In this document: positions 50,086 through 60,814 of the stretch, one piece after another
How the letters are laid out: every line of letters begins with the position of its first letter
Position numbering within the stretch: position 1 is the stretch's first letter
DNA from: a candidate division Kazan bacterium RIFCSPHIGHO2_01_FULL_44_14
GTDB lineage: Bacteria; Patescibacteriota; Kazan-3B-28
DNA length: 64,000 nucleotides
Assembly: GCA_001771185.1 (NCBI GenBank)
Contig: METB01000001.1
Span: 503,200 to 567,199, forward strand
Direction of reading: 5' to 3'
Position numbers and translations under genes: made by a program
The notes under the pieces: model-generated
What the model was told of the DNA's origin: nothing
The model's input: only the letters and a program-made list of their open reading frames with translations
The model's database searches: none

Positions 50086-50506
50086 TAACCAAAATCCCGT
50101 TTTCGGTTAACAAATTTTCCCAGCCAGTAATATCTAGGATATCTTCGTACCAGGGGTCGGCAAAGACAATATTGTAGGGGGACTGGTTCGCAGTCAAAAA
50201 ATCTTCCACCAACATCATCCGTACGGTTCCGCGGTCAGTCATCCCTAATTTATTTAAATTTTGTTTAATCAGGTTGTAATGATTACGATCTTTTTCAACA
50301 AACAATACTTGGGTTGCTCCACGGCTAATAGCTTCAATCCCAATCGCACCACTGCCAGCAAACAGTTCTAAAAAGTTAGCGCCAACTACTTTATCGTTTA
50401 ATACATCAAACACGGCTTTGCGGACCAGTTCCATGGCTGGTCGTAAAGTTGGCAGGGTATTAATTAAATTACCTTTAAATTTTCCAGCAGTAATTCTTAG
50501 TTGCAT
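49982..50506 (-). CDS. rsmD: 16S rRNA (guanine966-N2)-methyltransferase RsmD
   Basis: SAM-binding LELFAGSGAIGIEAISRGA and the DPPY-type motif DPWY. Confidence 0.75.
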   Translation of the reverse strand: MQLRITAGKFKGNLINTLPTLRPAMELVRKAVFDVLNDKVVGANFLELFAGSGAIGIEAISRGATQVLFVEKDRNHYNLIKQNLNKLGMTDRGTVRMMLVEDFLTANQSPYNIVFADPWYEDILDITGWENLLTENGILVIEHSSDKEPPQNPNLRIWNNKRYGDTALTFYTHA

Positions 50507-50627
50507 CCAATTAAATTCTAAGCGCTAAATCCGAAATTCTAAACAAATCCTAAATCTTAATGTTCCAAATAATTTGTGATTTTGGGTTTGGAATTTGTTT
50601 AGATTTTAGTGTTTCGGATTTCGTATT

Positions 50628-52661
50628 TTATTCACTATGAGCCGTAATGGCTTCTAGATTAATTCGTTTAGCCAACTCGGGATATTTTTCTAAAGTGATA
50701 TCCTCGTCCAATATAGCATTAGCCGCGTCTTGAGCCCGTTTGATGGCTCGGGTATCAGTCCAGTTGGCTAACCGATAATTGAGAAATCCGGATTGAGCAT
50801 GGCCAAAGATTGCTCCCGGACCGCGCAACTGCAAATCAAGTTCGGCCAATTTAAATCCGTCGAGGGTTTTGGCGAATAGCCCTAACCGCTCCGTAATTTC
50901 TGGGGTATGGTCGGTTGGAATCACAAAACAATATGATTGCAGTTCACTTCGGCCCACTCGACCGCGCAGTTGATGAAGTTGGCTCATCCCAAATCGTTCG
51001 GCGCCTTCAATTAACATGACGGTCGCATTGGGAATATCAATTCCGACCTCAATCACGGTGGTAGCCACTAAAATATTTAGTTTGCCGGTTTTAAAGTCCG
51101 TCATTACATCGGTTTTTTGGTCAGAAGTTAACCGGCCGTGCAACAAGCCAACTTTGGCATGCGGGAAAATCCTTTGAATATTTTTATATTCGGCTTCGGC
51201 CGATTTAGCGGAAAGTTTGGTACTGATTTCAATCAGAGGAGTAATCACGAATACTTGATGGCCATTTTCGATCTCGTTTAGCATCCGTTTGTAGGCCACC
51301 TGACGGTGGTTGGATTCTAGAGCTTGGGTGATAATTGGTTTTCGATTTAGGGGTTTGTGCGGAATGACCGAAATGTCTAAATCGCCGAATACAGTTAAAG
51401 CGAGTGAGCGGGGAATCGGAGTGGCAGTTAGTGAAATAAAATGGGGAGTTGTTCCATTGTTCATTTTGTTTTTCAGGGCTTCGCGCTGTTTAACTCCAAA
51501 CCGGTGTTGTTCATCAACGATTACCAAGTTTAAATTATTAAAATGCATACTGGTCTGGATTAACGCATGGGTACCAATAAAAACGCTGGCATTGTCTGGA
51601 CCAGCTTGATAGGCCTGGGTACGCAGGGCGCAATTCACTCCGAATTCTTTTAATAAGGGAGCAATTGAAAAGTAATGCTGACGGGCCAACACTTCAGTTG
51701 GCACCATTAAGGCCGATTGAAAGTTTTGTTTGGCGGCTAGGGTCATTAAGATGGCAACTAAAATTGTTTTGCCCGAGCCAACATCGCCTTGCAGCAAACG
51801 GTTGGTGGGTTTGCCGTCGGCTAAATCCTGCAAGATTTCCCAGAGAGCGCGTTTTTGGCCATTGGTTAATTGATAAGGCAATTTGGCCAAAATTTGTTTG
51901 ATCAATTCAATATCGGTGGCAATTGGTTCGGCTGATGCTTGTTTCAAAAATCTTTTGACACTCTGTACGGCCAATTGGGTGAGTAGTAGTTCATCAAATC
52001 CCAATCGATCTTTGGCGATTTGCAATATTTCCAAGTTTGCCGGAAAGTGAATCCCTTCTAGGGCAATGGAGAGATCGGTCAATTGATATTGTTGCCGAAT
52101 AATTGTTGGCAGGTAGTCGGGGAGTTGGCGGATAGTTGGAAGCAGGGTTTTGATTAGTCGGCGAAAGATTTTGGTAGTGATTCCTAAACTTTCTGGATAA
52201 ACTGGAACGATTCGACCGCTATGTAGGGGAGTGCGTTCTTCGCCGGCGGTTTGAGTGGGCTCTAAACTAGGACTCATTAAAATTAGTCCTTTAGCATTTC
52301 GTTCAACTTTGCCGGTCAAATAATATTCAGTTCCTTTTTTGAGGGTAGTTTTAAGGTAGGGTTGGTTAAACCAAACGACAGGGATAGAGCCGGTTTCATC
52401 GCTCAAAATCCCTTGGGTTAGCATCATCCGCCGGCGAGGAGTACGAAAGGCGGAGAAGGTGGTTAAATGTGCTCTAACCGTGGATTTGGAGCCGTCCGCC
52501 TGAAGTTCAGCGATGGGGGTTAGGTGAGTGAGGTCTTCCCAGGCCCGGGGGAGGTGGTAGAGCAGGTCAGAAACGGTTTCTAGGCCCAAAAACCCCAGTT
52601 TTTGGGCAATGGCCGGACCGATACCGGGGATTTTGGTTAGGGATGAGGTAGGGGAGAGCAT
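50628..52661 (-). CDS. recG: ATP-dependent DNA helicase RecG
   Basis: wedge domain plus SF2 helicase motifs (GDVGSGKT, DEQHRFG, QLRGRVGR). Confidence 0.9.
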   Translation of the reverse strand: MLSPTSSLTKIPGIGPAIAQKLGFLGLETVSDLLYHLPRAWEDLTHLTPIAELQADGSKSTVRAHLTTFSAFRTPRRRMMLTQGILSDETGSIPVVWFNQPYLKTTLKKGTEYYLTGKVERNAKGLILMSPSLEPTQTAGEERTPLHSGRIVPVYPESLGITTKIFRRLIKTLLPTIRQLPDYLPTIIRQQYQLTDLSIALEGIHFPANLEILQIAKDRLGFDELLLTQLAVQSVKRFLKQASAEPIATDIELIKQILAKLPYQLTNGQKRALWEILQDLADGKPTNRLLQGDVGSGKTILVAILMTLAAKQNFQSALMVPTEVLARQHYFSIAPLLKEFGVNCALRTQAYQAGPDNASVFIGTHALIQTSMHFNNLNLVIVDEQHRFGVKQREALKNKMNNGTTPHFISLTATPIPRSLALTVFGDLDISVIPHKPLNRKPIITQALESNHRQVAYKRMLNEIENGHQVFVITPLIEISTKLSAKSAEAEYKNIQRIFPHAKVGLLHGRLTSDQKTDVMTDFKTGKLNILVATTVIEVGIDIPNATVMLIEGAERFGMSQLHQLRGRVGRSELQSYCFVIPTDHTPEITERLGLFAKTLDGFKLAELDLQLRGPGAIFGHAQSGFLNYRLANWTDTRAIKRAQDAANAILDEDITLEKYPELAKRINLEAITAHSE

Positions 52662-54112
52662 AGGGGCAATTAAAAATTACAAATTAAAAATGACAAATGG
52701 GGGATAGGGATAAGTTAAAGGTGAAAAGTCCTCCTCCGTTCTGCTGTACAGCAGAACTACGGAAGGATCTGCGATGAAAAGTTAGGGAAGGGATAATGAC
52801 AAATTAAAAATTAAAAATGGAGGATAAGGGGAGAGTGTATCTTCAATTTAACCAATTTATCCAATCTGTACCAATCTAACCAAAGCATTGTCATCCCGAG
52901 CGTAGTCGAGGGATCTAGTGGCTAGATTTCTTCATCCCGCCAGCTGGCGGAAGTCGGGATGACGCCCATATCTGGTGAGTGTCCAATAATTGGCTCTGGG
53001 AGCGATAAAACTCTTGACTGACCCTGATAAATAGAGTATACTTAAAGGATAACAGAAGAGCGGTCCCTCGGGGGACTCGGGAACAGCGAGGGACAGCCAA
53101 AGGAGGGTGGTTATAGCAAATTAACAAACCACCGAAGAATGCAAAAATCGCAAAAAATCATCGATTTTTCCGGAATGCAGTTTGATGCCAATCGGCGTCC
53201 CAGCTGGCGTTTGCGTCAGAAATCTAGAACCATGCGGTCTCGTAATCATGTTGCTCGTAATGTTCGTACCATTGTTCAAAATATATTCGGAATGTAAGTT
53301 GGCTCTGACTCGTTCAAGCGTGTGGGTTAAAGATCGGTTTGAAAGTTTAGTGGTAGTGATGGAATCATTTACTGCGGGATTAGGACTGTAGTTTTTTTAT
53401 TTTTTCCCGTCATCCTGAACTTGTTTCAGGATCTATTTTTCTTATCCGTCATTCTGGCTTGCGTAGCCCTTCGTAGCTCGGAGAGCGTAGTAGGGTCCAG
53501 AATCTTTTTTATTTTCTTTTTCGAGCGTAGAATGACGCTCGACCCATTGGCACTTTTTGCTTGTCCAATATGCTTTTGCAACGCCTGTGTCGCGTTGCAT
53601 CGACAGCCACTTTGTCTTGGCAAAGTGGCTCAAACCGCTGGCCAACGTCCTCGGACTTATTCACTGACTAAATCTCTGGGTGTTCCCGCCGAACTCCTCC
53701 TCATTTCATTCGTCGTCAAACATGCGGCTTCACCCACCGAGATTTAGTTCAGTTCAGAACAGTCCTCGTCCTAGGGCCAATTAAGAAGAAAACAGAAGAC
53801 ACAGTTTGTTCGATGGGTCTTGGATGAAATTGGCCCTTCAGTGAAGGGTTGTTCTGAATTGAGCTAAATCCTCGTTACAGGGAGATGTTTGAGTCCTGCT
53901 GTCCAGCAGGACGAGTTTCGACCATTAGCAGAAAGAGGATTTAGCCAATGAATAGACCCGGAACTGTCCGGGCCACGGCTTCCCGCCTGCAACGCTATGC
54001 CAGCCCGTAGTAGATACAACGTTTCTGGTGGGAGTAGGCATTGCGGGCAGGTTGTTACTTTCCTTTGGGACGGAAAGTAACGGCGGGTTGAGCGTCGCCT
54101 TGCGCTCAAAAA
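52662..54112. repeat. 1.45-kb non-coding, repeat-dense region (family A copy 53982..54051, family B mosaic 53530..53830, and gtcatYc hairpins at 52885..52960 and 53410..53540)
   Basis: no ORF with protein-like composition; multiple segments match repeats elsewhere in the window. Confidence 0.7.
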
Positions 54113-55303
54113 CTATTTCAACTGCAAAAATTTTCTCTTCCCAACTTGAATGATGGTGCCTTTTTTGGGAATCACTTCAAAGTTAGCATCTGAAATTACC
54201 TGGTGGTCAACTTTGACACCGCGTTGTTCAATTAATCGTTTAGCATCGGATTTAGAACTGGCCAAGTTGCTCTCGACTAACAGGTCAGCCAATCCCCTAG
54301 CTTTTTTTAAATTATACGATTCCATTTCGTCTGGCTCACCTTTGGTTCTAAAGACCCGAACGAAGTTTTCTTCGGCTTTTTTAGCTAACATCTCACCGTG
54401 ATACATCGAAGCGATAGCAAAGGCCAGTCGCATTTTAATATCGCGAGGGTTGGTCTTGGTAGATTTCAGCAACTTTTTGATTGCACTTAATTCATTGGCC
54501 GAGATATTGGTTGCCATTTCAAAATATGTGGCGATGCATGAATCCGGCAAAGACATAATTTTACCGTACTGGCTATTAGCATCTTCAGTAATCCCGATAT
54601 CATTGCCCAAACTCTGGCTCATTTTTTGTTTGCCGTCTAAACCAACTAATAATGGGACGGCAATAATTGCTTGCGGGGCCTGGCCGAAATCAACTTGCAA
54701 ATCTCGACCACGCATTTCATTAAAGATTTGGTCAGTACCAATTACTGTGGCATCACTTTCAATCGCGACAGAATCGTAGCCCTGCAACATCGGATAGATT
54801 GGTTCATGGAAACCAATTTCAAGTCCTGCCTTCATTCGTTTTTGGAACATGTCTCGCTCAATCATTTGAGCATAAGTAAAATGTCCCATTAGTCGGATTA
54901 AATCTTCGGCCGACATTTTGTCTAACCATTCACCGTTGTAGCGGATTTCGGTCTTTTTCGGGTCTAAAATCGTTAAGGCCTGGCGAATGTAATGTTCGCT
55001 CATTTTTTTAACTTCTCGGGCGTCGCGTAAAGTGCGGGTTTTTTCTTTGCCAGTCGGGTCACCGAATCTGGCGGTAAAATCACCAATCACATAGGCCACA
55101 GTGTGGCCGAGTTCCTGGAACTCGCGGAGTTTGTGATAGACAACCGAGTAACCCAAATGTAAATCGGGTGTGGTTGGGTCCACGCCATGTTTAATCCGCA
55201 GTTTCCGACCAGAGCCAAGTTTGGCTCGAAGTTCTTTCTCGCCGATGATTTTATCAACTCGACGAGTCAGCAGTTCTTTTAATTGAGATTGACTGGGTTT
55301 CAT
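54113..55303 (-). CDS. tyrS: Tyrosyl-tRNA synthetase
   Basis: HIGH-region variant TPDLHLGY; KMSKS variant KMSQS; C-terminal S4-like domain. Confidence 0.85.
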   Translation of the reverse strand: MKPSQSQLKELLTRRVDKIIGEKELRAKLGSGRKLRIKHGVDPTTPDLHLGYSVVYHKLREFQELGHTVAYVIGDFTARFGDPTGKEKTRTLRDAREVKKMSEHYIRQALTILDPKKTEIRYNGEWLDKMSAEDLIRLMGHFTYAQMIERDMFQKRMKAGLEIGFHEPIYPMLQGYDSVAIESDATVIGTDQIFNEMRGRDLQVDFGQAPQAIIAVPLLVGLDGKQKMSQSLGNDIGITEDANSQYGKIMSLPDSCIATYFEMATNISANELSAIKKLLKSTKTNPRDIKMRLAFAIASMYHGEMLAKKAEENFVRVFRTKGEPDEMESYNLKKARGLADLLVESNLASSKSDAKRLIEQRGVKVDHQVISDANFEVIPKKGTIIQVGKRKFLQLK

Positions 55304-55315
55304 GAATTTATCGTA

Positions 55316-55801
55316 TCAATTGCGAGGCGGGAAAATATATTCATCAATCTTGGTATCAGTATTGTTGATATAGTTTTCGATGGTGTGGCTAATCCTGGTA
55401 CCTAAATTTAATTGCAATGCTTCTTCGGGGGTGAACCAGGCCAATTCAGTGATTTCTGTAAGATCGGCTTGAGTATCTGAATTGGTTGCTTCACAGAGGA
55501 AGTGAAAAAATACTAATTGGGTTGCTCGATGAAAGTCAGGGTCATCGACAAGATTACCCATATTGATACATCTAATCACTTTAGTGTCGAGGCCGGTTTC
55601 TTCTTTCACTTCGCGTACGGCAGCATCGGCTAACGATTCGCGATAGTCAACATGGCCACCAGGGATAAGCCAGGTGTTATTCCATTTAGGTGAGCGGATA
55701 AGCAAAACCTTACCTTCGGAATTTACCACGAGGCCAGAAGCGACTACTTCAACTTGTCCTGGAAGCCGTTCATTCACCCTGATATTGTAGCAGAACGCCA
55801 A
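55316..55801 (-). CDS. NUDIX hydrolase
   Basis: Nudix box GGHVDYRESLADAAVREVKEETGL. Confidence 0.8.
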   Translation of the reverse strand: MAFCYNIRVNERLPGQVEVVASGLVVNSEGKVLLIRSPKWNNTWLIPGGHVDYRESLADAAVREVKEETGLDTKVIRCINMGNLVDDPDFHRATQLVFFHFLCEATNSDTQADLTEITELAWFTPEEALQLNLGTRISHTIENYINNTDTKIDEYIFPPRN

Positions 55802-55837
55802 ATTGATCGGATGATATTGTAGCGGTAGATTATTCCT

Positions 55838-56030
55838 TATCCGTCATCCTCGGGCTTGCGTCAGCCCTCCGTAGCTCGGAGAGCGAAGGATGGGAGCCCG
55901 GGGATCCCCGCCCGAATGTACCATTCAGTACGGGCGGGCAGACCAAAAAAGATTTTTTTGGCTTCGTCAGCTGACGAATGACCGATATAGGGTCGTATCC
56001 CCATCTGGGGCGGACCCCCCTTCGCTCAAA
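55838..56030. repeat. gtcatcctcgggc... hairpin repeat element (related to 22336..22432)
   Basis: shared gtcatcctcggg, gagcccgggga and aaaaagattttt segments. Confidence 0.6.
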
Positions 56031-56157
56031 AGCTACGGATGGGCAGGGTGCTATAATGTAAGCCGTTACTGGTTTAATATCCAAATTCCAAATTTCAAAC
56101 TCCAAAGGAGATGTCCCTATTTGGTTATTGTGATTTGATGATTGATTATTACGAGCA

Positions 56158-58698
56158 ATGAGCGAGTTAATGCCTTTTGGGCCAAATTACGACAAAATCA
56201 GGCAAAAAATGATTGGTCGGCGAGTGATTCGTAAGACCAAGAAGAAATTGTTTGCCTGGCTGACACCGCTAGGGATTTACAATCCTCCCCGGCTGATTTT
56301 GGCGATTGGAATTGCATTGTTATTTATTTTTAGTTTCTTTACGGCAATTTTCTCGATCGGGCTCCCCAATCCGGCACGATTAACGATTTATGCAGCGACC
56401 GAATCAACCAAAGTATTTGATCGTAATGGAGTGGTGCTGTACGACATCTTCAATGAGAAAAAACGCACTACAGTCCCCTTTGATCAAATTCCAGAAATAG
56501 CCAAACAAGCCACAATCGCAATTGAAGATAAAGATTTTTATCATCACAAAGGTTTTGATATCAAAGGTTTACTGCGCGGATTAATCCTCAAACCATTAAC
56601 CGGCAGTGGATTTCAAGGTGGTTCAACCATTACCCAGCAGTTTGTTAAAAATGCGTTGCTTAGTTCTAGCCGGACAATCACACGTAAGACCCGGGAATTA
56701 ATTTTAGCGTTTGAAATTGAACAAATGTATTCCAAGGACAAAATTTTGGAATTGTATTTGAACGAAATCCCGTATGGTAATGCGGCTTACGGACTGCAAG
56801 CTGCCGCGCAAACTTATTTTGGTAAGGATGTGAAAGATATTACTTTGCCAGAAGCAGCGCTGTTAGCTGCCTTGCCTCAAGCTCCGAGTCGATACTCCCC
56901 TTACGGTCAAAATCCGGATTTGCTGATGGCGAGGAAGGATTTAGTGTTGAGCCAGATGCTTAAGCAGGGCTATATTACCGCCAAAGAAATGGATGAGGCC
57001 AAGACGGCGGAGATTGTAATCCAGCCACGCAAGGACTCGATTCGGGCACCGCATTTCGTAATGTATGTTAAGGAACTGTTGGCGGATAAATACGGTGAAA
57101 AAGCAGTTGAGGAAGGCGGTTGGAAAATTACTACCACTTTGGATTGGGACAAACAAAAAGCTGCCGAGGATGCGATTACGACTTACGGTGAATCGAATAT
57201 GACTAGGTATAAGGCCAGTAATGAATCGTTGGTTTCGATTGATCCAAATACGGGTGAAATTTTAGCGATGGTGGGAAGCCGAGATTATTTGAATATGGAA
57301 ATTGATGGTCAGTTGAATGTAGCATTAAGACCGCGACAGCCCGGTTCAGCAATTAAACCAATTGTCTATGCCACGGCCTTCAAGAAAAATTATGGGCCAG
57401 CCACAATGTTAACGGATGTGTCGACTAATTTTGGTCAGGGCTATCAGCCGCGAAATTATGACGGAACTTTTCAGGGTCCGTTGCCGATTCGGGAAGCGTT
57501 GGCAAATTCAATCAATATTCCAGCGGTTAAGACATTGGCTTATGCCGGAATTCAAGATGTGATTGATACGGCTCATGATATGGGGATTACAACTTTAAAT
57601 GACGGACCAGACCGATATGGTTTGTCGTTAACTCTGGGGGGTGGGGAAGTGACCTTGCTAGACCTGACTTCGGCGTATGGTGTATTTGCAACTGGCGGGA
57701 TGTATTCCAAGCCGATGGCAATTTTGAAAGTGGAAGATAAAAATGGCCGGGTACTGGATAAATTTGAACCGGATAAGCCCAAGCGCGTATTGGATGCGCA
57801 GGTGGCTTATCTAATCAACAACATTCTATCAGATGACAGTGCTCGGGCGCGGATTTTCGGAATGGGTGGTCCGTTAACTTTATCGGGCAGAACGGTAGCG
57901 GCGAAAACAGGGACAACTAATGAATATAAAGATGGTTGGACAATTGGTTATACGCCTGATTTAGTGGCCGGGGTGTGGGCCGGAAACAATCGGGGCGAAT
58001 CAATGACGGCGGCCTCGGGACTAGTAGCCGCACCGACTTGGAATAAATATATGCGGACGGCGTTAGCGGGAGTTGGGAATAAATCATTCCCGCGTCCTGA
58101 CGGGATTCGGGAAGTGGAAGTAGATTCGTTATCGGGCAAATTGCCAACTGACGCATCACTAACTAAAAAGACCGAAGTGTTTTCTAGCTGGGGTGTACCA
58201 ACCGAAAGTGACGATATTCATGTCAAAGTCAAAGTGATGGCGTCTGATCCAACTAAGTTGGCACCTTCGGACGCGCCAACTGATTTAGTAATTGATAAAA
58301 TCTTTACGGTGATTCATTCGGAACGGCCAGATAATTCCAATTGGGAAAATCCAGTAATCGCCTGGGCCAAGGGACACGATATGAATAATGTTCCAACCGA
58401 GACCTATTCTGGTTCGTATGATGGGATGTTGGGTGGTGGAATTGGTCTGGTCTCCCCTACCGCCAATCAAAAAATTACTGGCGATTTTGCGGTGGCAGCT
58501 ACCGTTGGTGATGCTAGTGATGCTAAGCGGGTGGACTTTTTATATGACGATGTATTGATGGGCCAGGTTAATTCGCCCGGACCGTACACTTACACAATTG
58601 AGCCACCGAAGTTGGATGGGAAAATCCATACGGTGAAAGTACGATTGGTCAGAAGTGATTCAACAACTGCGGAAGCAAGTGTGTCGGTAACAAGTTAG
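56158..58698 (+). CDS. Class A penicillin-binding protein (transglycosylase plus transpeptidase) with a C-terminal extension
   Basis: GT51 motif EDKDFYHHKGFD; transpeptidase SAIK / SIN / KTGT motifs. Confidence 0.9.
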   Translation: MSELMPFGPNYDKIRQKMIGRRVIRKTKKKLFAWLTPLGIYNPPRLILAIGIALLFIFSFFTAIFSIGLPNPARLTIYAATESTKVFDRNGVVLYDIFNEKKRTTVPFDQIPEIAKQATIAIEDKDFYHHKGFDIKGLLRGLILKPLTGSGFQGGSTITQQFVKNALLSSSRTITRKTRELILAFEIEQMYSKDKILELYLNEIPYGNAAYGLQAAAQTYFGKDVKDITLPEAALLAALPQAPSRYSPYGQNPDLLMARKDLVLSQMLKQGYITAKEMDEAKTAEIVIQPRKDSIRAPHFVMYVKELLADKYGEKAVEEGGWKITTTLDWDKQKAAEDAITTYGESNMTRYKASNESLVSIDPNTGEILAMVGSRDYLNMEIDGQLNVALRPRQPGSAIKPIVYATAFKKNYGPATMLTDVSTNFGQGYQPRNYDGTFQGPLPIREALANSINIPAVKTLAYAGIQDVIDTAHDMGITTLNDGPDRYGLSLTLGGGEVTLLDLTSAYGVFATGGMYSKPMAILKVEDKNGRVLDKFEPDKPKRVLDAQVAYLINNILSDDSARARIFGMGGPLTLSGRTVAAKTGTTNEYKDGWTIGYTPDLVAGVWAGNNRGESMTAASGLVAAPTWNKYMRTALAGVGNKSFPRPDGIREVEVDSLSGKLPTDASLTKKTEVFSSWGVPTESDDIHVKVKVMASDPTKLAPSDAPTDLVIDKIFTVIHSERPDNSNWENPVIAWAKGHDMNNVPTETYSGSYDGMLGGGIGLVSPTANQKITGDFAVAATVGDASDAKRVDFLYDDVLMGQVNSPGPYTYTIEPPKLDGKIHTVKVRLVRSDSTTAEASVSVTS

Positions 58699-58883
58699 TG
58701 GATAAGAATATACTTAAATGTCATTGCGAGGAGTCCCGGTAAACCGGGACGACGTGGCAATCTATTTTTCTTATCCGTCATTCTAAGTTTGTCGAAGAAT
58801 CTAATCCCGGCAGGCCGGGATGTTATATTCCTTAACTTTTAACTTACATCAGACACCGGATGTCTGATGTAATTTTATTATGC

Positions 58884-58908
58884 AAAAGGCGGCCGAAAGG
58901 CCGCCTTT
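58884..58908. terminator. Bidirectional terminator aaaggcggcc-gaaa-ggccgccttt
   Basis: 10-bp GC stem with a GNRA loop. Confidence 0.6.
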
Positions 58909-58958
58909 GAAGTTGACACAAAAAGTGCAGATAACTAATCCTAGTTTTTATTTTAAAT

Positions 58959-59624
58959 CTAATTTTCTGACGGGGGACTATTATATGCCTGCATAATCCC
59001 AGTGTGAAAATCGACTTGGCGGTTAGGTGGGATTTTAAAAACGCGGATGAGGGTTTCAGTTTGAGTCCATTGGAGCAAACGCTCTGGCGGAGTTGGTATT
59101 GGATAACAATCGGTTGGCACATCTTGCAGTTCAAAACAATGCTGAGTGATGACTAAGATGTTATTCGGAGCCGGAATCCAAAACCCACTTGGGTAATGAG
59201 ACGACCGACCAAATGTCATCGGAAAGTACGTGGTTCCGTCTCTGAATACTCGCATTAACCTTAGAATCACTTGCCCCAATGTTTCTTGCTCGGAAAATAC
59301 GACCGAGTTCCATGGCTGGATTCCACCCTGGATACAAAATATCGATTGGCCCCAGAGTCGCAATCTAATCGCCTGATGCCCCGCAGCGGCTTTGTCTGGG
59401 TCGAACTTTGATGGATGCGACAGATAAGTGTTGTTATATGAAGCAAACAATATTGGGCATCCACTTGTTACTACCACCTTTGTGTCATCTTCCAAGATTG
59501 AGATGGGCTCGTTAAAATCCTGCTCTTGTCGATGTTGGGCGACGGCGTTTGTTCGATGCTGGATGTTCTTAAAAAACGGGAACTCTTTTAACAACGATTT
59601 CAAAGTACTCTCGTCCTTGCTCAT
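58959..59624 (-). CDS. hypothetical protein
   Basis: 221-aa ORF with no recognisable motifs. Confidence 0.45.
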   Translation of the reverse strand: MSKDESTLKSLLKEFPFFKNIQHRTNAVAQHRQEQDFNEPISILEDDTKVVVTSGCPILFASYNNTYLSHPSKFDPDKAAAGHQAIRLRLWGQSIFCIQGGIQPWNSVVFSEQETLGQVILRLMRVFRDGTTYFPMTFGRSSHYPSGFWIPAPNNILVITQHCFELQDVPTDCYPIPTPPERLLQWTQTETLIRVFKIPPNRQVDFHTGIMQAYNSPPSEN

Positions 59625-59853
59625 GTTAGGAATCTCCCTTCAATGACACTCCGAACTTCGGAGGAGCTTGTCATCTAGTCAGTTTGGTAAGGTGCTGACA
59701 ACCTGGATTCTTTAGCATACACCCGTCTTGGGGCATCCCGTAATCAATAAGGTTGCTATATCTGGTGGGGCATGGTAAGGTGTGTGCACGCAATCCTGCT
59801 GGACGGCAGGATTGGGAATAGTTGTTATATTAGGTTAAGTAGGGAGATTTCAT

Positions 59854-60039
59854 ATGAACGACGAAATGAATACGACTCCGGCTGACGATCAAGCTACTCC
59901 GGCCGTGTCGGCTGATGCCGAGATGGAGGCCGAGGTGACGGCAGAGGAAGCTGAAGCCGAGGCCGAGACCCCAGTGGCCGAGGCAGTTGAGGCCGAAGAG
60001 GTTTCGGAAGAAGGTTCCGACGAAGTAGCAACAGCTTAA
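59854..60039 (+). CDS. hypothetical highly acidic small protein (E/A-rich)
   Basis: RBS ggagat before the ATG; hairpin downstream at 60048..60084. Confidence 0.35.
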   Translation: MNDEMNTTPADDQATPAVSADAEMEAEVTAEEAEAEAETPVAEAVEAEEVSEEGSDEVATA

Positions 60040-60152
60040 GTAGTTATCTCTCGAGAGGGACCCAGTGGGTTCCCTCTCGACGACCGTTGGCTAAGCCAAG
60101 TTTCGCTTTGCTCAACCAAGCGGTCTGCTCTCCCTCCCTTTTGGGACGAAGA

Positions 60153-60190
60153 GAAAAAACCGTTCTGCCATATGGCAGAACGGTTTTTTT
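60153..60190. terminator. Bidirectional terminator aaaaaaccgttctgccatatggcagaacggttttttt
   Basis: 11-bp stem flanked by A6 and T7. Confidence 0.65.
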
Positions 60191-60340
60191 GGTTGGACTT
60201 GACGGTGGGCAAATTCAACCATATCTTGGGTTAGCGGACAGAGGGTTCCTGTTCGTTGTACCTCCTATCCCTCGGCGCTAACAAGCGTCGAGGGTGTTTT
60301 TAATGTGCTACAATAATTCGTCGAGTTGTAATTTACCAAT

Positions 60341-60616
60341 TTGCAGGAGGAAATGGGCATGAATTTTGCTCAAGTTGAGATGCAGACCAAGTTGGCCAAG
60401 ACCCCTGAAGAACTTTTGGCTTTGCTGACGGAAGTGACGGCTCCGATTTCCTGGTTGGGTTTCAAACAGTCGGGCGAAGCATCGAAAGTGCTTAAACTGA
60501 TCGAGAATCGCAATCGTCAAGTCGCCGAAGCGAGAACACAGGCAATCGAGATTGCCAGGCAAGAGGTACAGAACAAGATTGGTCACATTCGAAAGTTCCC
60601 GAATGCTTACAGCTAA
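60341..60616 (+). CDS. hypothetical protein
   Basis: 91-aa ORF preceded by caggaggaaatgg. Confidence 0.45.
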   Translation: MQEEMGMNFAQVEMQTKLAKTPEELLALLTEVTAPISWLGFKQSGEASKVLKLIENRNRQVAEARTQAIEIARQEVQNKIGHIRKFPNAYS

Positions 60617-60780
60617 ATGGACGAGGGGACTTTTCTGTCACGTTGGGGTCGTGATATAGTGAGACCGTAGTTTGGTTTATCTCCCTTTCCCTGCATTTTG
60701 CACCTACATCCACGCCCCGTTGACCTCGCCGTAATCTTCTTATGGCGGGGTCTTCTTCTGGCTCTGGAAGCGGATAATGC

Positions 60781-60808
60781 TTGACAGAGGCGGGGATAGG
60801 TGTATAAT
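60781..60808 (+). promoter_or_regulatory. Consensus sigma70 promoter (TTGACA - 16 bp - TATAAT)
   Basis: perfect -35 and -10 hexamers read directly from the sequence. Confidence 0.6.
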
Positions 60809-60814
60809 GGGGGT

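Noticed and set aside
53182-53747. ORFs 53182..53391 and 53421..53747
   Set aside because: They lie in the repeat-dense non-coding stretch, have odd composition and no RBS, and overlap recognisable repeat copies.
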